Assembly: GCF_009914755.1 (NCBI RefSeq)
Contig: NC_060931.1
DNA from: the human T2T-CHM13v2.0 reference genome, Homo sapiens
Length of the DNA stretch: 64,000 bases
Reading direction: 5' to 3' (one strand)
Shown here piece after piece: positions 27,057 through 40,686 of the stretch. The notes beneath the pieces were generated by a model, which was not told where the DNA came from, did not search any database, and was given only the letters and a program-made list of their open reading frames with translations. The first letter of the stretch is position 1. Every line of letters starts with the position of its first letter. Position numbers and translations under genes: made by a program.

Positions 27057-28974
27057 GGTTTATAGACAGGCAAATAGATAGGAAGGTGTGGCTTTCAGAT
27101 ACTACAATGGAAAGCACCACATAAAAGCCTGAAAAAATATATTCAGTTTCCAAATAGCCTCTTTTGCCATTACCTATCATTTTTGCATTTCTCTTTTTCT
27201 TTCTTTCTTTTCTGCTACATCATTTACTTCCCAGATGTGTATCTATCTATTTGTATACAGATTATATAGCTTTATTTTATTGGGATAAATGTATCTACTG
27301 CTTTGTGACTTCCTGAAGTTATTTCTGTTGAAGATCAACTATCCAGTGTTTCCTTCTCTTTTTTTTTAACCTCCATCCATGTAATAAAAACCTGTGTAAT
27401 TTTTTTTGCTGTTGTTGTAAAGACAAGGAGAAGCATAAGAATTACTTCTTGCCTTTCTTATTATTATTGTATCAATATTTACTTCATGAATGACTCTCAG
27501 ACACGTTTAACTGCACCCAAGACACAGGTGACCTTACTTAATTCACACAAATAGATATTTAAAGCCAACTATTTTCAGGTTAGCTACATAAGTGTTAAGA
27601 TTATAATGATTATAATCACTATGGTATAGAGTAAAAGACTCAAAAACATTTAAATTGGAGAAATTATGATCAGGTTACCTTGTTACGATAGCATATGGTT
27701 TGAGGGAAATGGGTTTGGTGCTGTGTAAAAATTGATGTGTAATGTTCAAAATAGGCATTGTATTCAGAATAGTATATCCATTTAACAAACTGATCTTCAC
27801 AATAACCTTGCAAAGTATGTGTAGTCATTCTCATATTCAAGACAGATAAGTTAGTAATTTGTCAATTATCAGTTATTAGTCGTTCTTACATTACTGCATC
27901 TTTACTAGACAACAATATTGTTGGCAAATTGTTTTATAGGAGAACTTTCTCAGTCTTTCCAAACTAATCATTATTTGTGACTCATGTTTCCACCAAGACA
28001 TACACAAATGTTAGTAAGCTATAACTGAGGTATGATATTGTAGAGCTATAAATTCAGGTTTGGTCCAATGCCCTTTGATGTTTTACACTGACCCTCTTAC
28101 TTCCAAGCAGGGATGCAATTTAGGCAGAATAAACACAGATAACCTTACCGGGGAAGACTTAAATATCAGTTATTCCTCTTGGGAACTACACAGATTGTGA
28201 TTAGATTAATGGTAACCCTAATGAAACCCAGATGATTCAAATGAACTCTGACTATAAGACTCTATAAAAACAGCCAGCCACCACTGAGTGTGATTTGAGG
28301 GTAAGTAAGAATGCACTCTTCCCTTCATCCAAACTAAGCTCCAGAAAATCCAGGCTGGTGTTCCTGCCTGACGGAGAACAACACATATTTGCACAGATGG
28401 GAATAGAGCCAGGGCAAATATATTCTTAGCAAAACCCTTTAGATCACTTAGAAATGTAGCTCACCTGACCCAGTATCTAAGACATTCTTTCCATGAGGTA
28501 TTAAATCATTTTGAAAGTCTATCATTAGAAATTTAGCCTTTGATTTTAAATAATGTATACTATTCTACTTCTAAAATAGAAAGAATACTATAAGTAATAT
28601 CATGACATACCCTTCAATGTGAATGGTAAATACTCCATATGGTCAGTATTTCCCTTTATTGGGAAGAAGGGAGTAGGATCCAGAAGAAAGAGATTGCAGT
28701 AGAAAGGCAGTCTTAGGGGGAGTACCAAAGAATGTGTGATTTCACTCATACGAGGAAGCATAGAAAAAGAAAAAGAAATTGGAAAGGGAGGGTGTTATAA
28801 ATGATTTTTCACTACTTAATCTTATCAAGTATTAGTCTAATCAGATCATCAAAACTTGCTGATGTTTTCAAAAGAACAAAAATAAAATGTTTTCTTATAT
28901 AAAAATACACTTTACATTAAATTTTAATGGTGGTTTGATAATATTGCTTTTTCCTATTTATAGATTAAGAAACT

Positions 28975-29630
28975 GAGAAATGTTTTTTCAAGTTCTTTCT
29001 TTTTAAAATCGGGTTATTTGTTTCTGTGCTATTGAGTTGGGTGGGTTCCTTTTATTTTTGGAAATTAACCTTTTATCAGATATATGGTGTGCAAATATGT
29101 TCTCTCATTTCATAGCTTTTCTTTTCATAATGTTTATTGTTTCCTTTGCCATGCAGAGGCTTTTTAGAATGATGTGGGCCCACTATCTGTCTAGTTTTGC
29201 TTTTGTTGCCTGTGCTTTGAATGGATATTTTTCCAAAGAAGACATACAAATGACCAACAGGTATATCAATAGGTGTTCAATATCATTAATTATCAGGGAA
29301 ATACAAATAAAAATTACAATGAGATATCACTTCACACTTGTTAGGATGACTATTATTGAAAAAGAAGGTGTTGGTTAGGATATGGAGAAATTAGAACCTT
29401 GATTGCTGTTGGTGGTAATATAAAATAGTGGAGAAGCAATGGAAAAGAGTATAGAGATTCTAAAAAAATATTTAAAAGGTAGAACTACCATATAATATAG
29501 CAATCCCGCCTCTGGATATATATCCAAAAGAATTCAAATCAGAATTTCAAAGAGATATCAGCACTTCTATGTTTATTGTAGCATTATTCACCACATAGCT
29601 AAAATATGGAAACAACCCACGTGTCCATTA
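28975..29630. mobile_element. L1M ORF2 3' fragment with 5' inversion (28975-29220 minus, 29217-29630 plus)
   Basis: An antisense segment ending TTTTGTTGCCTGTGCTTTGA abuts a sense segment CCAAAGAAGACATACAAATGACCAACAGG...ACAACCCACGTGTCCAT. Confidence 0.85.
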
Positions 29631-29639
29631 TGAGAGTTC

Positions 29640-30150
29640 TACTGAAAACTCTCCAATAGCTTTCCATTTCACTCAGAGTAAAAGCCAAGGTCTTTGCCCT
29701 ATTAGTTGATAATCTGATTGCCTTTTATTTCTATCCTCCTTTCCTACTTCTCCCCTCCACTCTTACCCTACTCCAATTGCTTCACCCCACCTGCATGAAC
29801 CTTTTTGCTATACTCTAAGTATGCCAAGAACCATTCCATTGCAGAATGTTTGCACTTGTTTCTTTTGCAGACAACACACTTTCTCCAAATATTGACATGC
29901 TCACTTCTTCAAGTCCTTCAGGTTCTTGATAAGATGTTATTTTAATACTACATGGTCATACATACATCTGGTTATTTCCTCTCACTATATTTTCAGTTAT
30001 ATCACCTGAACAATATGTATTTGTTACTTGTTCCACTTTGAGCACACACACATGCACATTTCTTGGGGGTAACCAGTAGAATATAAGTGTATGAGGCAGA
30101 GCCTTTTCAATTATGATCACCACTTTATCACCAGATACTAAAGTATGACC
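29640..30150 (+). mobile_element. L2 3' end
   Basis: AAAACTCTCCAATAGCTTTCCATTTCACTCAGAGTAAAAGCCAAGGTC...TAGAATATAAGTGTATGAGGCAGAG. Confidence 0.75.
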
Positions 30151-30689
30151 CCTTCTTAATCATTCCATATATAAAACAAAAATAGAAATTGTGATCTATA
30201 CAAAATAAACAGTTTATTATCATCAACTATTATATGACTAAATAACACAAGAGGAAATTCAAATTACACTGAAATTAGAGACCTTAAAATATAAACCAGT
30301 GTTCACCAGTGTATTTTTTTAAATGATAAGATTTCTAATATATATTTTAGGCTAATGCTTCTAATTTCCATAATTAAACTAAACTCAGATTCTGATCTCA
30401 TATACAACAAATCTGACTTGTCTATGATAACAATCCTGAAATATTTGGAATATAAATATCAATTTCTTCAATTTATACCTTTGGTTAGTGATCATATAAT
30501 TAAATAAGAAAAGTTAAATTGTTTAATCAAAAAATTTTCCATATTTAGATACAAACATTTGTATGTATTTTATTACTAATCCATATAAAAGATGTAAGAA
30601 AACAAATATCTATTAAGCATTCATTCAATTCTCTTAAAAGTTTTGGAAGTTCCATTCTGGAAGCAGAATTGAATAGAATCTGATTTCCA

Positions 30690-30835
30690 TTTGAATCTTG
30701 GTTCTTTTTTCCTTTGTATGCTATGGCTCACTCATATAACTTTGAGTTCCAGTTTCTTCATTTGTAAATGAGCATAATAAAAAGCAGAGAAAAATGTATG
30801 AAAAGTATTCAATACATAGGTTATATTCAATTAAA
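30690..30835 (+). mobile_element. MIR fragment
   Basis: TTTGAATCTTGGTTCT...CCAGTTTCTTCATTTGTAAATGAGCATAATAA. Confidence 0.55.
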
Positions 30836-31916
30836 TATGGCTACCAAACACACTCAGAGTTTAAATCTAATTTGGGCAGGTCAATTTTATCACTTTTCTT
30901 AGATTAAAAATAAGTACTAAAGTTAAAACAGTTTGTTCACAGTTTAGAGATAATTAATGAGAAGACACATTCTATGGAAGTGTTTTTACCAAAACAGATA
31001 ATTGAAAACAATTATAAATATATTGTATCTTTCAGTTTACAAAACTGGAAAGTGGGTTATTGAATAAATGTCTAATTGATTGTAATAATTAGAAACAATA
31101 TCTAAAATTTCACTTATCTAGGCTTTCATGACATGCCTATTTAATTATATAAAACTTATAATGTGATATTTAGATATAATTTATCTTTCTTAGATTTTGA
31201 TTTGGAAGAATAGCCATAACACTAGGTTTATCTTAGAATATCTATTTTTGTGGATGCTTCATTACTTTGAACTTCTTTAGCTGTTTAGTTATATAGTCCT
31301 TATATAGCTAGCTTTCTCATTATTGTCATCAAAGTTCCTTTTGGTGATAAATACACATGAGATTTCTCTAACAAAACTTTCTGTTTGAATACGTCTTAAT
31401 TAATTTGAACATGGTACATAGAAACTAGTCTTTGGAATATCTTCAACCCATTCTCAAAGCAATAGCAAAATAAAATGCAGCCTAACCACAAAAATTTTAC
31501 TTTGAGGAGACCTTTAGATAAGGAATTGACCTACGATGAACACAAATTTTCTCATATACCTTTCTGTGTTGACTAAAAATGTCTTCAGTAAATGCCTAAC
31601 TTCGCCTATATTAATCACTTAAACTTAACATATTCAAATAAATGTTCTATTATTATTAAATTTCCCAAACAAGTTACTCTAGTACAAATTAAAAAGGCAG
31701 AATTTATGCATGACCTGTGGGTCCAACTCATTACTTTTTAGCCATGTTTGCATATTGCTACACTTTTTCTTGGATGTAATTAATTGAATGTTATTCTTAT
31801 TGCAAGTAAATTTGCCCCTACTCACTGCCCATTTCAAGATGGAATGGTATATGATACTAAAATTGCCGAGGTATTTCAAGAGTTTTCAAAAGTTGCATGG
31901 TAGTGAATTATGTTCC

Positions 31917-32598
31917 TGTTAGGTAGTTAGACAGACATTAGCAGCTGGAAGGGGGCAAAACAGGAGAGCAAAATGCAAAATGGCTGTCACTAAGACAGTC
32001 CCTGGCTCATCTGAATTCAGCCCCCAAATAGCCTTAACTCCACCTTAATGCATGGAATCTGTGGTAAAGTTTGTGGCCAGCACATCCTGGAAAAAGAAAA
32101 ACTAGGGCACAGGTGAAAATCCCCTAAAGTGGCACATGCCCAGTAAGCTAAAACTGTATCAGGTTAACCCTACACTCGTTATGCTATCATTATAATAAAA
32201 TTTACATGTGGTTTCCTTTCCCCACCCCAGTGGGCTTTTCTGTATGAATTATGGGTAGGAACATGCGCAGTTTAGTTTTAGTTACATAACCATAAACTGC
32301 CAATCAAACAACATCATCCTGTCCCTCAGACACAGCCCAAATTTCAACTCCTTCCCATAAACCCCATAAAGGCATCTTGAGTTTTGTAAAGAAGTGCTGA
32401 TTTCACTTCAGAGAAATCAGCCCACTCTCCCTCTGAGAGTGTATTACTGTGTTTTAATAAACTTTGCTTTAAGCTTGCATTTTGGTTTTTGCAATTCTTT
32501 GCTCATTATCACAATAACTGAGATTGCTGGTCCAGAGCTCCAGCTCTGTTGATCTCCTTGATTAAAGGATTCATCTCAACACAGCATTCCCAGTAACA
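31917..32598 (+). mobile_element. ERV1 (MER4-group) solo LTR, complete; exact family not resolved (MER50/MER83/MER87-like start)
   Basis: TGTTA...TAACA termini, AATAAA at ~32456, near-TSD TTCC/TTCT, start TGTTAGGTAGTTAGACAGACAT. Confidence 0.8.
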
Positions 32599-33203
32599 TT
32601 CTAAGGAAAATAGACTAGTATTTAGGAAGATGGAATTTCTTCATGGCAGAAAGTTAAAAATAAATAGCCTAACATAAATGTGTACTGCAGAAGATGAGTT
32701 TGCAATTGTCTTTTTTCTCTTAAAGCAAGATGATCGAGAGAGATTAGGAGTAAAGGAGAAGCACATTAAACTCATAAATACACTTTTTACCAAAAATGAG
32801 TGAAGAAAGAGACTTGAACATAGAAAATTAGTCAGTGTCCCTTTATTTCATATTTCACTCTAAGCCTTGAAAGGGAATGAGAGATTCATCAAAAGAACTG
32901 TTGTTCCTCCTCCCTGGGCTAAAAATGAGGCCATGGAATCAGTGTTGGACACTAAGAAGAATGTAAAGCAGCTTATACTTTAAGCCACAAGAATAAGCAG
33001 AAGAAATTAGCAGCAGCTGCATTTCACATATAACAAAGATTTCACGTAGGCAGAGTTATTATAGCTCCATGCTAAAATACCAGGATGACTAACGGGCTAC
33101 TCTTCTACCACTGGGACCAGATTAACTCTGTTTGCTGCTTGTTAAGAAATCCTTGATCACATGGAGATGAAGATCGCCACCACAATCCTTGTGATTCGGA
33201 CCA

Positions 33204-33520
33204 TGTTATGCATTGAAAGTCTTCCCTGAAAATTCATATATTGAAGCCCTACCCCTCAATGTGATGGTATTTGGAGATGGGGATTTGGGGAGTTAGTTAG
33301 GTTTAGATGAGTCTTGATGGTGGGTTCTTCATACTGGGATTAGCGCCCTTTTAAGAAGAGAGTAGAGAGCTTGCTCTCCTCCTCAGCCCACCAGTGAGGA
33401 CACAGCAAGAAGATGGCTGCCTAAAAGCTAGGAAGGAGGCCCTCACCAGGAATTGAATCAGCCAGATGCTTGATCTTAGATTTTGAGGCATACAGGACTG
33501 GGAAAAAGGAATATTTGCTC
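33204..33520 (+). mobile_element. MLT1A-type MaLR LTR
   Basis: AAAATTCATATATTGAAGCCCTACCCCTCAATGTGATGGTATTTGGAGATGGGG...GTGAGGACACAGCAAGAAGATGGC. Confidence 0.85.
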
Positions 33521-34258
33521 TAATATTTTTCACTTAATATGTTGTACAAGAAAAACAAAAGTTTTTTATGCAGAGTTTCGGTGCATAGGAGAAGTCTAGT
33601 ACTTTGTTCTATTTCTGATAGATGTAAAAAGAGGGACATTTTCTCTGAAGCAAAACTTGTCAATATCCATGAAAACTGATATGCTTTTCACCTAGTAATT
33701 CAATTCGTCTACCAAGAATTTATCCTATAAACCTACACAGATATGAACAAAATAAAACTGATGCAAAATAGGCACTGAACACACAAACAAAAAGAAACAA
33801 CCTAAATATTCAGTAAGAGGAAACTTAAATAAATTTTAATATTTTATGAAACGAATGCCTTTAAAGGTATAAAATGACATGGAGAATTTTTATTTTATAT
33901 TTGGGAAGGGAAAGCATATTACATATAGAATACTTAGTATCCGTCTAATGTGCATAGAAATATATCAAACATTTAATAGCCATCTATGTTTCTGTTATGG
34001 AAAACTTATAATCTATTTTATACTGAAAAGTTTTCTCAGATGAGTGTGTATTGCACTTATAGACTAAGAGTTTATCCAATTCACATTTTAAAATTGCTAA
34101 TGTGTAAGTGCCATCTTTTATAAAATTTCTGCCAAAATATAATTAAAAAGAATTTTCAAAATGGCATTTTAAAAGCTAACCATAATTTGCCCTGGAATCC
34201 AGAATCCTTTGGGCAACACCTGCTGAATGTTTAGGAAAATACCTAATGGATTCATGGG

Positions 34259-34286
<28 letters not shown>
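34259..34286. repeat. (TC)n microsatellite
   Basis: About 14 TC units. Confidence 0.95.
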
Positions 34287-34289
<3 letters not shown>

Positions 34290-34547
34290 ATCCCTTCCTC
34301 TTTTTCTTTTTTCTTTGTATAGTGAGGCTCAGAGAATTGTGGTTGTCTCCTGGGAACACAAGACCATGGATATTCAATGACAAAGAGAGGGAAATAGAGA
34401 GACTGGTACTTGGGATGACCAAGGGCTCAACAGCTTGATGATTCATTCAGGTTTATGTAAAAAGCCATCAATAAGAGAACACTGCAGGCTACCATGACAA
34501 AAAAAAACTTCAGGAACATAAAATCTAATAGGGAATTTTCAATATAA

Positions 34548-34990
34548 TCATTTAACAAAAACTTACTGATTATATTATATGTGTGAATACTCTACGAGGC
34601 AGCAATCAATATATAAAAGTTCCATAGTTTTACAGACTTTAAATTCTAGTCTAGTGGGTTGAGAATAAACCTTATTTAGAAATAAATATATACATTACCA
34701 ATATTGACTGGAACTATGAAGTAAATCAGCGGAGCATCAGGAAAAGTGAAAACACTTTTAGATTGGATGGTGAGGAAATATTTCTCTGCAGAACATCTAC
34801 TTGAGCACAATGCTTGAGAATTTTAAGTGACACATAATGCAACATTTTGAGAGAACATTTCAAGTAGAATACCATCAAATGCAAATCTCTAAGACTCGAA
34901 AAAAATTGAGTTTAATGATTTAGAGGGAAAGGAAAGCAAATGAAATTTACAGATTAGAAGCTGGATAATATAGGGCATTTGTAGCATGTA
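34548..34990 (-). mobile_element. L2 3' fragment
   Basis: TCATTTAACAAAAACTTACTGA...TTCTAGTCTAGTGGG...TTTAGATTGGATGGTGAGGAAA. Confidence 0.55.
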
Positions 34991-35204
34991 TTTGTCCATT
35001 TTACTAATCTGCTTCTGTTTCTGCTATCTAATAGGACCCTGAATTTCACTGTGGGCATTGAAGTGTTTCATCTGTGTGAAACTTTGGACTGATGATAAAT
35101 CAGAGATTCACTCTATCAGTAAAAGTTCAAGGGCCCGAAGAGAAATTTTTTCACACAGAGACATCAAAGATAATCACAAACACAAAGTTTAGACAATTAG
35201 ACTC

Positions 35205-36080
35205 TATGATGATTGATTTTATGTGTAAACTTGACTGAGCTAAGGGATGCCCAGATTAATAATATTTCTAGGAGAGATTAGCATTTGAATTGGAAGACTG
35301 AGTAAAAAATATCACCCTCACCAGTGAGGGCAGGCATCACCCAACCATTGAGGGCCTGAAGAAAACAAATGGTGGAAGAGGAGCAAATTCTGTCTGTTTG
35401 AGCTAGGACATTCATGTTCTCCTGCCCTTGAACATCAGTGATCCTGGTTCTCAGACCTTCAGACTCAGACTGGGACTTACACCAACAGGTCCTTTGTTCT
35501 GAAGCCTTAGAACTTGGACTGAATTACACCACTGGCTTTCCTGGTTCTGCAGATGTCGGATGACAGATTGGGGGACTTATTCAGCCTCCATAATTATGTA
35601 AACCTACAGGTTTATAATACATATATAGATAGGAATATGCATAAATAGAAATAAGTTTATGAATATACATATATTTATTTACATATATAAATAATATAGT
35701 AATATTAATATATGTAAATATATAATATATAAATAACATTTATTCTATAATATTAATGTATAAGTATATGTAAATATTACATATCAATATATAATTTGTT
35801 ATTCTATATTATATCATATTATATAATAATATACAATATCTATATATTATAATATATATTATATTATTATATAATATAATTATATATTAATATATAAATA
35901 TATGTAAAAATATAGAGAGAATTTATAGAGAGATGTTTATATGTATGTACATACACACTATATGTATATAGAAATTTATTATAAAAATAATAGATATAAT
36001 GATAAAAATAATAATTATTACTAATAATTTTAGTTATAATTTTATTGGTTCTTTTTCTCTGGGGAACCCTGGCGAATGCA
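35205..36080 (+). mobile_element. MLT2B-type ERVL 5' LTR with a ~430-bp AT-rich expansion (35610-36040)
   Basis: Start GATTTTATGTGTAAACTTGACTGAGCTAAGGGATGCCCAG; end TATTGGTTCTTTTTCTCTGGGGAACCCTGGCGAATGCA. Confidence 0.88.
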
Positions 36081-36835
36081 GATTTTAACACCAAGAGTGG
36101 TGCTAGATAGAGTAACAGAATTTTATGAATGATTGTTCTGAATATGTTATAATGGCATTTCTAGTATTGGCTCTCTAATCCGATGGAATGTAAAGATGCT
36201 AACGATTCTATTGTATTTCCAGTAGTAAAGAAATCACTGATAGTCCATGGCATGAACTGGTAATAGACATAAGCAAAATATCTGCATTGACTACTCCTAC
36301 TCAGTTACTGATATGAAGAAAAGAATTAAGTAACTGTATGCGTTTCAAATATTTTTAGAAAACTGAAAAATATGATGACACTGGTTGGTGGATCTTAATG
36401 CCACTGGACAAAGTAATGGAAGAAAAGGAGGAGCTCAGGTATTTGAATTTCCAGCTCAAGTGCTGAATAAATAATAATGCAAGAACTTCTAATGTGAAGA
36501 ATACTTTGTTGCATCTAGCCCCTCCGATAAAGAAGCAGCAGACCGAATACCTGGTAGGTCTCTTTGAATTTTGTCAGTAACACATTCCTCAATTGTGTGT
36601 CTTTCTCTGACCCATTTACCAAGTGACCTAAAAAGCTGTTAGTTTTGAGTGGGGCCCCAAACAAGAGAATTTTCAACATGATCAGGCTGCTGTGCAAGGT
36701 GCTTGGCCACTTGGGTCATATGATCTATCAGACCCAATAATGCTTGAAGTGTTGTGCCAGGTAGGGATGTTGTTTGGAATCCCTGACAGGCCCTTATAGG
36801 TGAATATCAATACAGGTCTTTATCAATTTGGAGCA
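36081..36835 (+). mobile_element. ERVL internal remnant (leader/gag start joined to a pol fragment)
   Basis: GATTTTAACACCAAGAGTGG directly follows the LTR. 36610-36835 encodes a decayed PIYQVT-KAVSFEWGP...AAVQ..LG.YD..DP..LEV segment typical of ERVL pol. Confidence 0.8.
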
Positions 36836-37666
36836 GTCATTTTGCCATTTATTTATTCATGTATCTATCATTTATTTTTTGTATTGTTTGTTTCTTACTG
36901 TTAAGTGTTGAGTGTTCCTTAATTATAAATTCCAAAATAGCCAACCCCACAAACAAAATTTTGAAAAAGTGGAAAGGCTAAAGATGCACATTTTTATTCA
37001 TTAAGTAAATTGTATCTAAAATTGTAAACTTGGTTTTGTCTTCTTAAATTAATAGATTCTGATTGCTAACCTGATTACCATCTTTAAGGCATTGCTAGGT
37101 GTTGCAATATTTTTTTAAAATATGAAATCACTGATTCTCTACCAACACTTTGATCCATGAAAAAGGCTGAAAGGCTGCCATTTTTTAATTCTGCAAAATA
37201 TCAATCTACTTAGGGAAAACTATAGTTTGTCCATGGAGCGATTATGAATTTAAGAAGTAGTTCAGGACCATGCTTTGATCACAAATTGTGGCAACAGTTA
37301 ACACCATTATACGTTTTTCTGTCTAGAAGACAGAAATACGTGTTTATTATAGATAAAATAATTTCCCCATTTTACAATTATCAAAAATATAACTCTTATG
37401 GCGACAATATTCCCATGAGGTTTATTTCATTTATGGAGATAATTATATTATTTGGACATTTGGATTGTTTTCAGTTGTTTTTCTTTTCCTTTTTAATCGT
37501 GGCATTGATTTTGGACAACTATCAGTTATTTTCCTTGTTTGCAATTGTAAATTTAAAAAATACAATGAACATCTAAATAAAAGTTTTCCTGTGTTTATCT
37601 TGTTTCTCCATATAGACTGTTGGAAGTAGAATTACCTTGACAAAGAGACAATTAATTTAAGTAATT

Positions 37667-37921
37667 TGTTACTATAATATAAAATAGACTATTTCAATGA
37701 CTCTGTCCTATATATTATGTGTCCTTTCTTCTTTCAAATATCACAAGCAATTAATCTCTATGAAGAAACTGAGGATAACAGAGAGAATAAATGTCAAATT
37801 TATTGTCACCCGCCAGAAACAGATACTTTGAGCTTCTTTACAAATAAGACCTTCGTGTATGTATTACTTATTCTTCAAATTTGCTTAACCCGTAAATATC
37901 AATGTCTATCTCAGAGGCAGT
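37667..37921 (+). repeat. 255-bp dispersed direct repeat, copy 1
   Basis: Aligns without gaps to 40687-40941; 24 mismatches by manual count (~91%). Confidence 0.96.
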
Positions 37922-37985
37922 GTGGAAACTGGTTACTAAGATCTGGAGACAAGTTGAGATGGTTTTGAATCTCTGCTCTATCAAA
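37914..37985 (+). mobile_element. MIR 5' fragment
   Basis: GAGGCAGTGTGG...TCTGGAGACAAG...GGTTTTGAATCTCTGCTCTA. Confidence 0.45.
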
Positions 37986-39272
37986 TAAAAACACAGCACG
38001 ATATGGGACTATTCTAATGCTAGAGGATAAGTGGTATTTCCAATGTTCTTTTCTTTTGAATTGCTAGGACTGCAAGCAGAAACAGTCCAAATAGAGAGAC
38101 AAATGGTACCTTAGAAGACAGACTGCATGGACATGCAAGAAAATTGTTTTCTCTGCATGAGAAAACAATTTCTTGTTTTCTCTTAATTCCCTAGATTCAT
38201 TTTTCTACCCGCAAGCCGTGGTTCTTGAATTGCTTACCTAAAATTGATGTCTGTATCTGTGTTGATGTCTGAGTTGAATTGATGCCAATATCTGATCAGA
38301 ACACACAATTATCTTTGTGATAGCTTGCTTAAACTTAGATTATAAGAGATATATGATATCCATATGTGATAATTACTTACATCCATCAATGCTCCACTTT
38401 CTAAAAACTAGGTCTGAAAGCCGAGAACAGTCTTCACAGTTTTAGTATGCTTGTTTGGCTGAAGTATGTGAGCCTCCAGGGTCTTCAAAACTGGGTGTAA
38501 ATCTTGCCAAGAGTGGATTACACAATTTCAGTTCTTAACTGTATTTGTTCTTTTTGGAACATAGAAGTGCAAAGACAAGAAACATTTTTAATTAAAAAGT
38601 CTGCTGGACATTTTCAATTCTTCAGAAAAGTTCATGTCAGCTTCTGTTCTATAAATGTTCAAGCCCATTATTTTTCTTTTGGTGGCAGCTGTTCTTTCAC
38701 CTGTAATTCAGCATATAATTTTAGAAGCATCTGGGGTCCTGTAAGATATGGAGAACCATGATGTGTATAAATAGACGTCTATGTGAGTGTATTTCTTGAT
38801 GGGCGAATGTTACGAAGATTTGGTTTGTTGTTTTGGTTTTGTATGGTTTGTGATAAATCTATCCTATACACTAATAAGGAGAAACATATAATTAGAATAG
38901 TTGCATGTATACCACCAACAGTCTTTTCTGCTCTACATGCTAAACACAAGGATTAATATACCACTACATCTGATGAGGAAAAACATTCATATAAGTTTGG
39001 TTCATGTACTATCATGTAAGGCAATTTCTTCATAATGCAATAATAGGCTCCAATTTTCATAAGCAAGGTTAATTTTAGACTGACTATTTTGTTGGTTGGC
39101 TGTGGAAGATCCAATAGTTACTAAAACTACATTAAACATTCCCAGTAGTGTGATTGACTTGTGGGAACCTCTCCACTATTCATGAAGTCACAGTTTACTA
39201 TATTTGGGTGTGTGCTAGAGGGCAAAAAATATACTAGCATTCAAAGTAATGTCACCTTCCTAAACCTGGCTA

Positions 39273-39275
<3 letters not shown>

Positions 39276-39304
<29 letters not shown>

Positions 39305-39792
39305 TTGTACTTTAAGTTTTAGGGTACATGTACAACGTGCAGGTTTGTTACATATGTATACATGTGCCATGTTGGTGTGTTGCACCCATTAACTCATCAT
39401 TTAACATTAGGTTTATCTTCTAATGCTATCCCTCCCCCCATCCCCTACCCCACAACAGGCCCTGGTGTGTGATGTTCCCCTTCCTGTGTCCATGTGTTCT
39501 CATTGTTCAATTTCCACCTATGATTGACAACATGCAGTGTTTAGTTTTTTGTCCTTGCGATAGTTTGCTGAGAATGATGGTTTCCAGCTTCATCCATGTC
39601 CCTACAAAGGACATGAACTCATCATTTTTTATGGTTGCATAGTATTCCATGGTGTATATGGGCCACATTTTCTTAATCCAGTCTATCATTGTTGGACATT
39701 TGGGTTGGTCTTTGCTATTGTGAGTAGTGCCGCAATAAACATATGTGTGCATGTGTCTTTATAGCAGCATGATTTATAGTCCTTTGGGTATA
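39276..39792 (-). mobile_element. 5'-truncated L1PA (about L1PA4) 3' end
   Basis: TACTTTAAGTTTTAGGGTACATGT.... ORF 39507-39752 matches the ORF2 C-terminus (WIKKMW.IYTMEYY). TSD AAACCTGGCTATAT at 39262-39275 and 39793-39806; (TA)n grown from the left TSD. Confidence 0.93.
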
Positions 39793-40686
39793 AAACCTGG
39801 CTATATCTTTTATCCTTAGCTACCCCATGCCTTTATTTTTAGAAACCCCTTACCCACCACCTCAGACTAATTCTAGTCTCTATGCATTGGTTTAATAGGA
39901 ATTAGCTATGAAATTTGTTTTCAAAATGCCTCTTTTTCAGATGTTTGAACAGTAAAATTGAGGTAGGACCAAAAAACCTGTCATTCTCACAAGCACACTG
40001 GGTGATTCAGTCATTAATAGAAATTAAAGTATGAGACAACTCATAATAAGAGAATTTTTGATTTCGATTTTCTTAAAATGGTTAGATCTTAACTGATCAA
40101 GCAACTGATTTTCTTGTACTTTTTACAAGAGTAATACTCTTGTACTTTTATTTGTATCCCAGTCTTGTGATTTTAATCCTTTTTAGAACAATCACCAACC
40201 TATCATTCTTCCTTTTAGCAGTGTCTGATAGTCTCTGGAATCAATGTCTTTTATGTGTCATATTAGACCACTTGAATATTGAACTTCTGCTTCTGTAATT
40301 GAAACCTCTCTTTCCCCAATAACATCACTTCCCTTATTTCCATCTCAAGCAAAGGCTGTTTTCAACCCCTTTCTCTGATCATGAGTATGCAAGTTCTAAA
40401 AGGAGTCAGCATTTTTTTGTCTGTTTGTGTCCACTGCCAATCTCAAGCCATTGCACATCTGCTATTATTCACAATCCCTAACATTTTAAGCATAAAGTTA
40501 TTTTAAAAATTGCTGTATGACAATGATAGGTACTAGATAGGTACTAATAATGACTGAAAAGTGAACATGTTGAGATATCAGTTAATATGCCCATCACCAT
40601 TATTACACACCTTCCACCAACTTGCTAGAAATAACCACATTCATGTACTTTAGTCAGATATGCACTTATGTAAACATGCTAAGATC

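Noticed and set aside
28263-28306. TATAAAAA followed by AGG|GTAAGT, resembling a promoter plus first exon
   Set aside because: Spacing would give an exon of ~10 nt, and both motifs are common by chance in AT-rich DNA.
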